From an uncultured virus (IMG/VR IMGVR_UViG_3300023109_000017) (Duplodnaviria > Heunggongvirae > Uroviricota > Caudoviricetes), in the IMG/VR virus record IMGVR_UViG_3300023109_000017: a stretch of DNA of 64,000 bases; one strand, given 5' to 3'. Below, one piece after another: positions 15,524-24,465 of the stretch (positions are counted from its first letter, which is position 1; each line of letters starts with the position of its first letter). Under the pieces are notes generated by a model. That model was not told the DNA's origin and ran no database searches. It saw nothing but the letters and a program-made list of their open reading frames with translations. The translations under genes and the position numbers were made by a program.

Positions 15524-16540
15524 ATGCAATTTCCTAATACCCACGGTGAGCCATTTGAAACGAAGGTTAATGAGTATAGTCCTCGTTACACCTTTCCTCT
15601 TGAGAACCAAGATGATTATAGGGGGTTAATTAGATTTCATGCGTTTGACGAAGATTATCAAAGTTTATCAGGGTTAGCATTTCGTACAGCTGCAGCTGCT
15701 GGAATCTCAGGAGAAATAACAGATAATAACTTTAGAGGGGAAGCTTTTTCTCCAGTAAAAGGCAAAGCAAACAACACAACAAACAAAGGTGAAGTTGTTT
15801 TATTTTTGCCTCAATCTATTCAAATTTCCGACAATATACAATACGGTAGTATTGAATTAGGAGCAATTGGTGCAACAGCTATGCAAGGAGTAGCAGCAGG
15901 AACCAGCGCGTTAGGACTTGCAGGCGATGCTCTAAAATCAGTTATGGAAGATATTTCATCCGCAGCATTTGGTGACTTAGGAGATGCAGGCGCTGCGGCA
16001 GCAGTACAAAGAACAGCGAGACGTTTTAATGCACCCCAAATTGCCGGAGCAGTCGCAACGTCTACAGGAGTTACTATCAATCCTAACAATAGAAATATCT
16101 TAAATGGTGTTGCATTAAGGACGTTTAGGTTCCAGTTTAAACTTATACCTACCTCCGCACAAGAGGCTGATATCATAAATAAAATGATAAAGTGGTTTAG
16201 AATTGCCATGTATCCGGATATTGGAGCTGCCTTAGATGAAACTCAAGGAACCAGCTTGACTCTTAAATATCCCTCCAAGTTTAATATTACTATGGAATAT
16301 GGTAACTTTAGTAAAGCAGGAGGATTAGAGTTTGGAGATACTCAGCAAGTAGCTACTGGATTGTTACCCTGTTTTCTTCAGAGTTTTGATGCAGTTTATA
16401 ACCCTAATGCTATGGCTTTTCATACAGATGGTAATCCTCAAGAAGTAGATATTAGCCTTAACTTTATTGAAGAAAGAGCCTTAAATAGAAATGATGTTAA
16501 AAATGATAGACCAGAAATTATAGTGGGAGGAGCGGGTTAA
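15524..16540 (+). CDS. gp48: Baseplate tail tube cap gp48
   Basis: LFLPQSIQ.SDN..Y, NPN.....GV.LRTF.FQFKLIP.S..EA..I, YPSKF, L.F.E...L. Confidence 0.85.
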   Translation: MQFPNTHGEPFETKVNEYSPRYTFPLENQDDYRGLIRFHAFDEDYQSLSGLAFRTAAAAGISGEITDNNFRGEAFSPVKGKANNTTNKGEVVLFLPQSIQISDNIQYGSIELGAIGATAMQGVAAGTSALGLAGDALKSVMEDISSAAFGDLGDAGAAAAVQRTARRFNAPQIAGAVATSTGVTINPNNRNILNGVALRTFRFQFKLIPTSAQEADIINKMIKWFRIAMYPDIGAALDETQGTSLTLKYPSKFNITMEYGNFSKAGGLEFGDTQQVATGLLPCFLQSFDAVYNPNAMAFHTDGNPQEVDISLNFIEERALNRNDVKNDRPEIIVGGAG

Positions 16541-17604
16541 TGACTTTTTTTACTAACTTTCCTCTAGTTAATTACAACTTTGGTAATGAGAATTCTCAGT
16601 CCGTTTTTCAAAACTTAACTACCTATATTGATATTATTGATCAGCTATCCGATCAAGTAGCAGTATATACTGAAGTTACTATACCTAATGGAGAGAGACC
16701 TGATGTGCTTTCTCAAACGCTATATGGTACAACAGATTATTATTGGCAGTTTTATATGCTTAATGAAAAGCTAAGAATCCAAGGATGGCCATTTACTCCT
16801 TCTGAAGTAACTGAATATCTTAAAGTTTATTATCCAAATATTACACTCAAAACTAACTCTAATCTTCAAGGGGAGTTTTATGTAGGTGACCTACTGGCTA
16901 AAAAAGATAATAGTGGCACTTTTGATAATCCTCCGTTTAAAGCTAAAATATTAAAAAAGAATTTAGATCTAGGACATCTTATTGTTAAACCTATAGTAGA
17001 AGTTGCTTCCATTACTATTGATAATCCTGGGTCAGGGTACACAGCAGTTCCTACTATTACATTTAAAGGTGGTAGTGGAGAAGGAGCTGTAGCGGTACCA
17101 GAACTCAATGAAGATGGTGAAGTTTCAGGAATTACGGTTATTAATGGAGGAGATGATTATAAAACTGCTCCTACTATTGAATTTTCAGAACCTGAGTTGT
17201 CAAGAGGGGAAAAAGCAACAGGTACAGTAGTACTATCCAATTATATTCTTCCAGGTGGTTCTCAAGAACTTTGGTCTCAGAAAGGTGAGACGGATCTTAG
17301 TTTGTGGACCGGATCACCTGCAGCAGATCCAAATAGCTTTGGCATTATATCTCAATCTAATGCCTTTCAATATCTTGCTGTACATCATTATGAAGATGCT
17401 AGTGGTAATATTGTGGACTTACCAAGACAGATAGACGGAGGAGTAGATAATCTTCCATTCTCTCTGAGTAGATTTCCTTATACTAGTAAATCAGTTCAAG
17501 AGATCTTTATAAAAAATAATGATGAGCTATCTCAAATTAAAATCTTTACTCCGACCGTTGCAAGACAAATACAAGATGAATATCAAAGGCTTCTTGTTCA
17601 ATGA
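16540..17604 (+). CDS. gp53: Baseplate wedge protein gp53
   Basis: FF.NFP...Y, GERPD.LS..LYG..DYYW, HHYED; carries inserted GSGY...PTITF repeats. Confidence 0.85.
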   Translation: MTFFTNFPLVNYNFGNENSQSVFQNLTTYIDIIDQLSDQVAVYTEVTIPNGERPDVLSQTLYGTTDYYWQFYMLNEKLRIQGWPFTPSEVTEYLKVYYPNITLKTNSNLQGEFYVGDLLAKKDNSGTFDNPPFKAKILKKNLDLGHLIVKPIVEVASITIDNPGSGYTAVPTITFKGGSGEGAVAVPELNEDGEVSGITVINGGDDYKTAPTIEFSEPELSRGEKATGTVVLSNYILPGGSQELWSQKGETDLSLWTGSPAADPNSFGIISQSNAFQYLAVHHYEDASGNIVDLPRQIDGGVDNLPFSLSRFPYTSKSVQEIFIKNNDELSQIKIFTPTVARQIQDEYQRLLVQ

Positions 17605-18983
17605 ATCAACTTACTAACTTTACTCCTGAGAGTTTCGATCTAACAAAACTTTCATTAAAAATACCTGGGCGTCAATTTAAAGTTGGTCCTCAATTATCTG
17701 ATGAGCTTGACATAATACAGACATCAGTGGAGTTAAGTATATTCGAACACATTAGTATGCCTTATTTAACTGCTAAATTAGTTTTAGTAGATGATTTTGG
17801 GTTGCTAGATTTTCCTGGCATTGAAGGTACGGAGAAGGTAGTCATTGAGTTTGGTTATCCTGCAACGTATATTAAAAACATTAAGAAAACGTTTGTTATA
17901 AGAAGTATTGGTTCAGCAGAAAAGTATAATGACTATACTAATGTATTTGTGTTTGACCTGATCGAAGATATTGGATTTTATGATAAGGTACAGAAGATCA
18001 GTAAAGGGTATACAGGTACAGGTGAGCAAATAATTCAAACCATTCTACAAGATAAACTTAATATAGAACTTGATACTACTAACTGTAAACCTTCTTATCA
18101 AGAAGCTTTTAGATATGTTGTACCATATATTTGTCCTCTACAAGCTTGCCAAGAAGTTTTAAACCGTATGACTACGCGTACTGGATGTCCTTACTTCTTA
18201 TACTCTTCTTTATATTCAGATAAACTTGTTTTATGTGACTTAGAATCTATTTTAGAGAATGAACCTTTTAATCAGAGTAATCCATTTGTATATTCTCAAG
18301 CTCAGACAAATACTCCTCTTAATAATATAGCTAAAATGGCTTCAGCTTTAAGACATTATAAAGGCACAGCATTAGAAGATACGCTTGAATTAGTAGAATC
18401 AGGTGCTGGTGGTATTTTACATAATTATATTAGCTTAGGTAACGAGACAGTAAATAATACTCGTCATTATTCTATAGTTAATAGCGTTATAAAATTATTA
18501 GAAAATAGTAATATAATTAATAGAGATGAGTTAAAGAGGCTTGTTAATGAGGACTTCTTAGTTGATCCAAACGGTAAATCAGAATTAACTTTAGGAGAGA
18601 TGAACTCTAAAATTATTTCTGTTATATCTACCTCTAACTATCCTTTAGAAGATATAGATAGCTTTAATGAAAGTTCAACATATTACCAGGCCGTGTTACC
18701 AGAGTTTAAAACTGCTATTCTTTTATACCTAACTAAAAATGTGTATGATTTAGAAATGCCTGGATTCTTATTTCTACCTGTTGATAATTCTAACAATACA
18801 GAAAAGAGTGTAGGTAATCAAATATCAGTTAGAACATATAAGAAAGACGAGACTACTAGCACTAATAATACAGGTAGGTATGTTATGCTAGCTAAAAGAC
18901 ATATTCTTGATATTCCAGAAAGAACCCATAATGTAGCTTTACAATGTGGTAGAATATCCAATCAAACTGCTCTTAAAGGATAA
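17601..18983 (+). CDS. Baseplate hub protein (gp27-like)
   Basis: IFE.I..PYLT......DD, G.EKV, ISK.Y.G; G.Y.....RH near C-terminus; lies between gp53 and gp5. Confidence 0.65.
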   Translation: MNQLTNFTPESFDLTKLSLKIPGRQFKVGPQLSDELDIIQTSVELSIFEHISMPYLTAKLVLVDDFGLLDFPGIEGTEKVVIEFGYPATYIKNIKKTFVIRSIGSAEKYNDYTNVFVFDLIEDIGFYDKVQKISKGYTGTGEQIIQTILQDKLNIELDTTNCKPSYQEAFRYVVPYICPLQACQEVLNRMTTRTGCPYFLYSSLYSDKLVLCDLESILENEPFNQSNPFVYSQAQTNTPLNNIAKMASALRHYKGTALEDTLELVESGAGGILHNYISLGNETVNNTRHYSIVNSVIKLLENSNIINRDELKRLVNEDFLVDPNGKSELTLGEMNSKIISVISTSNYPLEDIDSFNESSTYYQAVLPEFKTAILLYLTKNVYDLEMPGFLFLPVDNSNNTEKSVGNQISVRTYKKDETTSTNNTGRYVMLAKRHILDIPERTHNVALQCGRISNQTALKG

Positions 18984-18985
18984 AA

Positions 18986-19918
18986 ATGTATTACGGTGAC
19001 GAGATAAGATGGTTTTTAGGAACGGTTGTTGCTGTTAGCTCTCAGCGCGCAGCAATAGGAAAAGCTAAAGTAAGAATACATGGTATACATGGTCCTGATG
19101 TCGCCTTTCAAGATTTACCTTGGGCTGATTGCATGCTACCTACTACAGAGTCAGCTATCTCAGGTATTGGGAAAGTGCCTCAGGTATTACCTTCATCTAC
19201 GGTGTTTGGTATATTTGCTGATGGTGCCCTATCTCAATCTCCTATTATACTTGGTACTCTTAATAAATTTGAAAGACCTTCTACAAGCCAAAAAAGACTG
19301 GCTGGCTTATCTGGGAATGCTGCTAGTTTATCTGATAATAATGTAGGTAGGGATGGCGTGTTTATTCCTTTAGAATTAAAAACAAGTTACAGAGAGGATG
19401 CATCTATAGCTCAAAAGAGAGTTATAATAATGCAATTCTTTGTAGGTAATAGGTTAACGCCAGTAGCTGCAGCAGGTATAGTGGGTAATCTACAGGCTGA
19501 AAGTACTTTAGATCCAGCTAGACCTACAGATGTTAAGGGTGAAGATTCATGGGGCTTAGCCCAATGGAATAATTCTGCTAATGCAGGTTATCGTCAAGAT
19601 AAGCTAAGAGCCTTTGCTACTCTTAGACAAAAACAGCCAGACGATTTCTTTTTACAGTTAGAGTTTATCTTACATGAACTTAGAGGCCAGAAAGACTCTA
19701 TAACTAATGGTGCTGCATTTGCAAGTACATATACTAAGCTTATTAACTCTACTATATTTGAAGGTGGGATAAGTAATAAGAACTCCACTTGGGCATTTTT
19801 AGACAAATATGAAAACCCAAGTAACAAAGCAACGAAGTTAAAGAAAAGAGAAGAGTTTGCGAGGCTAGCCTTCGAGGATTACAATAAAGCTCTTACTAGT
19901 TCAATTAGTGGATTATAA
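18986..19918 (+). CDS. gp5: gp5 N-terminal OB-fold fused to phage tail lysozyme domain
   Basis: WF.G.V......G..KVRI.G.H.....DLPWA, VFG.F.DG...Q.P.I.G; AAAGIVGNLQAES...GLAQW lysozyme motif. Confidence 0.85.
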   Translation: MYYGDEIRWFLGTVVAVSSQRAAIGKAKVRIHGIHGPDVAFQDLPWADCMLPTTESAISGIGKVPQVLPSSTVFGIFADGALSQSPIILGTLNKFERPSTSQKRLAGLSGNAASLSDNNVGRDGVFIPLELKTSYREDASIAQKRVIIMQFFVGNRLTPVAAAGIVGNLQAESTLDPARPTDVKGEDSWGLAQWNNSANAGYRQDKLRAFATLRQKQPDDFFLQLEFILHELRGQKDSITNGAAFASTYTKLINSTIFEGGISNKNSTWAFLDKYENPSNKATKLKKREEFARLAFEDYNKALTSSISGL

Positions 19919-19921
19919 TTA

Positions 19922-21484
19922 ATGTCTTCTGAATTCATCCATAGTATTTTTTCTAATTTAAGAAAATCTCAAAACGCAGAGAAGAGTCATTCTCTTCTTA
20001 ATAAGCTTCAGACTCAGGCTGCTATCAATAAAGTGTCAAAGGCTGGAGTAAATGCCGGAGATAATTATAATGGATTTGCTTCTTTAAATGGAACAGATGA
20101 TATTGTAAGTAATGTAGAAGGCTCTGCTCCTGCTCAGGTTACAGGTGCTCTTGTTCAGGTGGAACTCACTTCAACTAATAACTCTGAAATATCTTCTAAA
20201 ATTCTTAAAGATGTTCCATCTAGTAGTGACATACAGACTCTAACGGGTAGTTCAGATTTATCTAATTCAGGATTACTTGACGATGTTGTTACTTCTGCAT
20301 CCCCTGAAGCTCAAGCAAAAGTACTAACCGATGTAGTCGGAGCTTCTACTTCAGAAGTTCAATCTTTAGTTGGAAAGAATGTTGACCTTTCAAGTCCTTT
20401 GAGTTCTACAGGTAGTACCGCTGCTATGGATGACTATGAGATCTATGCTGAACCTTTTCTCACTAATACCTTTAACGATCTTTTTTCTACTTCTAACTCT
20501 CTTAGTTCTTTGAAGTCCACTGTAACATCAACCTTTCTAACGAGTGCTAATAATGTTGTAGCTAAAAACGCAGCGGGTTATAATTCAATAATGGATAATG
20601 TAGTTGAAAGCAATCTTCAGGTTACTGAAAATGAGCTTAAAAGGCTAGTCACTCCTGAAAATGATAGGGCTTTGCAAGATAAGAAAAACGATATCATAAA
20701 GTTGATTGCAGATAAGCAATATGTCAAAGCAGCTAATATAGTAGCTCCATTAAGTAATCTTAGTTACAATGAAGTATTAAAAGCTATACAAGCTATTGAT
20801 GTTTCACCTAGCAAGAACTTAGTTGAAAACGTTTCGGTGGGTTCAATACCTGGTAGAGATCTATCTAAACTAAAAAATGGTTGGCAAGGAAGAGATACGC
20901 CCGAGTCTTATTTTAATAACTCTTTTACTCATGAAAGAGAAATTATTAATGAGTTGGGTAACATTGAAAGAGATGTTACCGAGGTAATTATCTTCAGTAC
21001 TAACACCCCTAACAATGTCTCCTCTAATGCTGCTGACTTGCACCGACTGGCATTAGCAAGTGGGAAAGACGGAACAGGCTATCATTACGTATTTACAAGA
21101 TCTGGGAATATACAAAGAGGAAGACCCGTAGACAACGAAACTCTTAAGAGCGTATTGCTACCCAACAACCACCATGAAAGATCTGTTATTATAACATTAG
21201 TAGGTGGTATTGACGTTGAAGCAGGGAAAGGTATAAATTATAGAGATTATTATAGTTCTAGTTCCTATACACAACAGCAGATTAGACAATTAAAACTATT
21301 TTTAAAGTCTTTCTATGCAGTAAAGCCTGGTATACAAGTATTTGGTGCTAGTCAAGTAAATATAAATCACGCTGGACCTCATATCGATATAGATGCTTTT
21401 ATTGCTAACTCATTTAAAAAGAAAAATAAATTAGATTATGATCCCAGTATTAATCCTCCTTTAGAAAGAAAAGACCTAGTGTAA
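19922..21484 (+). CDS. Baseplate-associated protein with C-terminal degenerate amidase_2 (T7 lysozyme-like) domain
   Basis: GYHYVFTRSGNIQRGRP, S..I.LVGG, T.QQ...L; the usual Zn ligands appear substituted. Confidence 0.7.
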   Translation: MSSEFIHSIFSNLRKSQNAEKSHSLLNKLQTQAAINKVSKAGVNAGDNYNGFASLNGTDDIVSNVEGSAPAQVTGALVQVELTSTNNSEISSKILKDVPSSSDIQTLTGSSDLSNSGLLDDVVTSASPEAQAKVLTDVVGASTSEVQSLVGKNVDLSSPLSSTGSTAAMDDYEIYAEPFLTNTFNDLFSTSNSLSSLKSTVTSTFLTSANNVVAKNAAGYNSIMDNVVESNLQVTENELKRLVTPENDRALQDKKNDIIKLIADKQYVKAANIVAPLSNLSYNEVLKAIQAIDVSPSKNLVENVSVGSIPGRDLSKLKNGWQGRDTPESYFNNSFTHEREIINELGNIERDVTEVIIFSTNTPNNVSSNAADLHRLALASGKDGTGYHYVFTRSGNIQRGRPVDNETLKSVLLPNNHHERSVIITLVGGIDVEAGKGINYRDYYSSSSYTQQQIRQLKLFLKSFYAVKPGIQVFGASQVNINHAGPHIDIDAFIANSFKKKNKLDYDPSINPPLERKDLV

Positions 21485-23994
21485 TGCCTGAGATTTATAC
21501 TGATAACGACCTTAACAAAGAATTAGAGAATCGCTCTGATGTTCAACATGAAGATCCGCGCGGTGAATTTCCTATAGCTGAATATTTTAATTCCTCTAGT
21601 GTTAATTATGCTGCTACTGGATCTAGAAAGAACGAACTATACTTTAAAGGTAAAGCTGCAGCTGCAGTATTAGAAGAGGAGTCAGAGGATATTATAGCTT
21701 CTGAATATCCTTTATGCCAAATACAAGAAACTATTTCAGGTCATATTATTGAGACAGATGATACTCCAGGTGCAGAGCGTATACTAATAAAGCACAATTC
21801 AGGAGCAGGTATTGAACTAACCAAAGACGGTGGAGTTAAGATAAGCTCTCTAGATAATCAGATTAATGTCACTGGTGGGGACCAGACTATCATTGTTGAA
21901 GGAGAAGGTCAACTAATTTATAAAGGTAATCTTAACCTTAAAGTAACAGGTGATTTTAATGTTGACTGCCTTAACTATAATGTTACTGTGAGAGGTAATA
22001 AAGTAGAAAAGATTCTTGGTAACATCAAGCAATCTATTGCTGGTAATATTGAAAAGTTAGTTGGAGGCTCTTATGTAAAAGCTGTTACTCAAGCAGTAAC
22101 AAATACTTTTCTTGCTGGTAAGAAGCAAAATATTAAAGGCGAATATATCAATAGAGTAGAAGGGTCTGCAAGATATTCTACAAGCGATGATACCAAAATT
22201 ACTGCAGAAGATAAGCTTACTGTATCTTCTAACAATATGAACCAGTTTGCTAACTCTATGGCAGTTACTGCTAAGTCAGGCACTATTGGTAATCCTAATA
22301 TGGTATTCTCAGGTAAAGGGGCTGTGTTTGAAGCAGGAGTAACAGCACCAACATTTCATGGAGACTTAGATGGCACTGCTACTACAGCTACAGTAGCACA
22401 GTCTCAGAACTATGCGGATCCAAGTACTGGAGGAGGTGTTGGGTCAGCAGGAACTATTACGAATACAGCAACCCCTGCTATTACAAAACCTAGCGACTCT
22501 ATCATTGACGATTATCTCACTAAGTCAGCGGGTGGTATAAACAGAGTAAAGATTGATGTAGGAGACTTTATTAAAAATTATCTGGATAGAAGTGTGGATA
22601 CTGGGGGCATATCTAATTCTGAAATAACACCAGATAAAGCAAGATCACGTCTTAGAGATGCTTCTAATAGAGGTAACTCTTCTTTTGTATCCCATTTGCT
22701 TGCTGAAGGTGTAATTAGTAGAGAATGGAATGCTCCTATTCCAAAAGGCACTGGCAGAATTATTTCATCAGATGCAACTCCAGTTTCTTCCCATTCAGAG
22801 TTTGATCGTATCGGATCTCAGACTGACAATAAACTATCTGCTTTTTTACCTAAGAGAGCTAATCCTCATATTTTACCAGAAGAAGAGTACAATCCCTACA
22901 GACAGAAAGAGATAACAGCATCTACTAAGCTTATTGAAGGTATTACTATCTCTAAGTTCTTAGGTACTGATGATCCTACTAACATAGACTTTATCAGAGA
23001 TCAGGCAGTAAGAGTAGAAATAGCAAAATATCTTTATATTCATGCGCGCATTATCAAATTAGTACAAGATAATAAAACAGAATTTAAAGATGTTAATCTA
23101 GAAATAGCTGAAAGTATTTACAAACCAGGTCCTTCCGAGACTATCACTCCTGGTTCTTTAAACGATTTAAAATTAAAAGGACGTACTGTAGTATATAACG
23201 TAGTTGATAATGGTGGAGCATCAAACAATCAAAGAGCGTTTGATGTTGCTATATTTTTAAAAGATAATGCAGTGTATGATGAGCTAATACTTTCATATGA
23301 CACTATCGACGTAGATACAAATACAGGTAAAGAAAAACTTTCTTGTAGAATTATTATCACTCTACCGGAAATAGATAAAAACTGGATCGGCACATTTAAC
23401 CGTAACGTAAAAACTGAATTTAACTATAACGATCTTACTTCTGGAGATATGGTAGAAGTGCTACCTCAAAGTAGATTTGAGTCTGAATTTGACGGTGTAC
23501 TTTCTATAGGTGGGGATTATGGTATTAACTTGAACTCTAATATGAATCCTAACATAAAAAGAGAAGGTGATAAAACACATCCAAGTATATCCCCTGGAGC
23601 GGTAGATAATATGAGTGCACTATTAGCTAATCAATATACTCTTATGCAGCAATATTATGGTGGCAAGCTTATTATTAATGATGCATTACCTAAAGCTAAC
23701 ACTTCAAGAAAGGTTGCCAGAGTAGATAATGGGTATAATCAGCATTGGTTTGGTAAAGCATTAGATATTAGCGTTGCGGGAATGAGTGATACACAAAAAG
23801 ATAAACTAGTAGCAGCTGCAACTAAAGCAGGATTTAAAGGCTTTGGATTTGGCGATGAGGTGCTGCATATTGATATAGGCGTTAGAAGAGTATGGAGTTA
23901 CGACAACACACATTTTGCTGGAAGAGAAGTAGGTAGTATACGAGAGCAAGATGGTTACTGGTTTCAATATATTCGAGCAAATGCTGCTTCTTAA
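21484..23994 (+). CDS. gp5 C-terminal beta-helix protein with C-terminal peptidase M15 domain
   Basis: YP.....ET.SGH.IE.DDTPGAERI...H.SG; V.GN repeats; HWFGKALD (HxxxxxxD) and LHIDIG. Confidence 0.8.
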   Translation: MPEIYTDNDLNKELENRSDVQHEDPRGEFPIAEYFNSSSVNYAATGSRKNELYFKGKAAAAVLEEESEDIIASEYPLCQIQETISGHIIETDDTPGAERILIKHNSGAGIELTKDGGVKISSLDNQINVTGGDQTIIVEGEGQLIYKGNLNLKVTGDFNVDCLNYNVTVRGNKVEKILGNIKQSIAGNIEKLVGGSYVKAVTQAVTNTFLAGKKQNIKGEYINRVEGSARYSTSDDTKITAEDKLTVSSNNMNQFANSMAVTAKSGTIGNPNMVFSGKGAVFEAGVTAPTFHGDLDGTATTATVAQSQNYADPSTGGGVGSAGTITNTATPAITKPSDSIIDDYLTKSAGGINRVKIDVGDFIKNYLDRSVDTGGISNSEITPDKARSRLRDASNRGNSSFVSHLLAEGVISREWNAPIPKGTGRIISSDATPVSSHSEFDRIGSQTDNKLSAFLPKRANPHILPEEEYNPYRQKEITASTKLIEGITISKFLGTDDPTNIDFIRDQAVRVEIAKYLYIHARIIKLVQDNKTEFKDVNLEIAESIYKPGPSETITPGSLNDLKLKGRTVVYNVVDNGGASNNQRAFDVAIFLKDNAVYDELILSYDTIDVDTNTGKEKLSCRIIITLPEIDKNWIGTFNRNVKTEFNYNDLTSGDMVEVLPQSRFESEFDGVLSIGGDYGINLNSNMNPNIKREGDKTHPSISPGAVDNMSALLANQYTLMQQYYGGKLIINDALPKANTSRKVARVDNGYNQHWFGKALDISVAGMSDTQKDKLVAAATKAGFKGFGFGDEVLHIDIGVRRVWSYDNTHFAGREVGSIREQDGYWFQYIRANAAS

Positions 23995-23997
23995 GTA

Positions 23998-24005
23998 TAT
24001 AAATA
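23998..24005 (+). promoter_or_regulatory. T4-type late promoter
   Basis: TATAAATA upstream of gp25. Confidence 0.8.
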
Positions 24006-24024
24006 AAGAAAAAAACAGGCTAAA

Positions 24025-24465
24025 ATGACAAATCGAGTTTTATCAGTACAAGACGGGAATTTAGAGACCAGCATTATTGTCTCTAGAGTAAAAAAGTTTT
24101 CTGATGTTGATATATCTTTTACTGCTAAACCTAACGGAGAAATCTATAAGAAGGTAGATGCTGCAGCGGTTAAACAATCTGTAAAAAATATTGTACTTAC
24201 TAATCATTATGAAAAACCGTTTCAACCATTCTTTGGTGGTAATGTTGCAAATATGTTATTCGAAATGGCTGATGGTACAACCACGGCTTCTTTAAGAAAA
24301 ACTATCAAAGAGTCTATTGAAGTATACGAGCCGAGAGCGCAAATACAAGATATAAAAGTCGAAACAAATCCTGATTATAATTCAGTAAATGTTACTATAA
24401 TTTTTCAAGTAGTAAATTCAAGAGAGCAAGTTACTCTATCTACAACACTTTCAAGGTTAAGATAA
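24025..24465 (+). CDS. gp25: Baseplate wedge subunit gp25
   Basis: AVKQSVKNIVLTN.YEKPF.P.FG, YEPR, ends L.RLR. Confidence 0.93.
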   Translation: MTNRVLSVQDGNLETSIIVSRVKKFSDVDISFTAKPNGEIYKKVDAAAVKQSVKNIVLTNHYEKPFQPFFGGNVANMLFEMADGTTTASLRKTIKESIEVYEPRAQIQDIKVETNPDYNSVNVTIIFQVVNSREQVTLSTTLSRLR

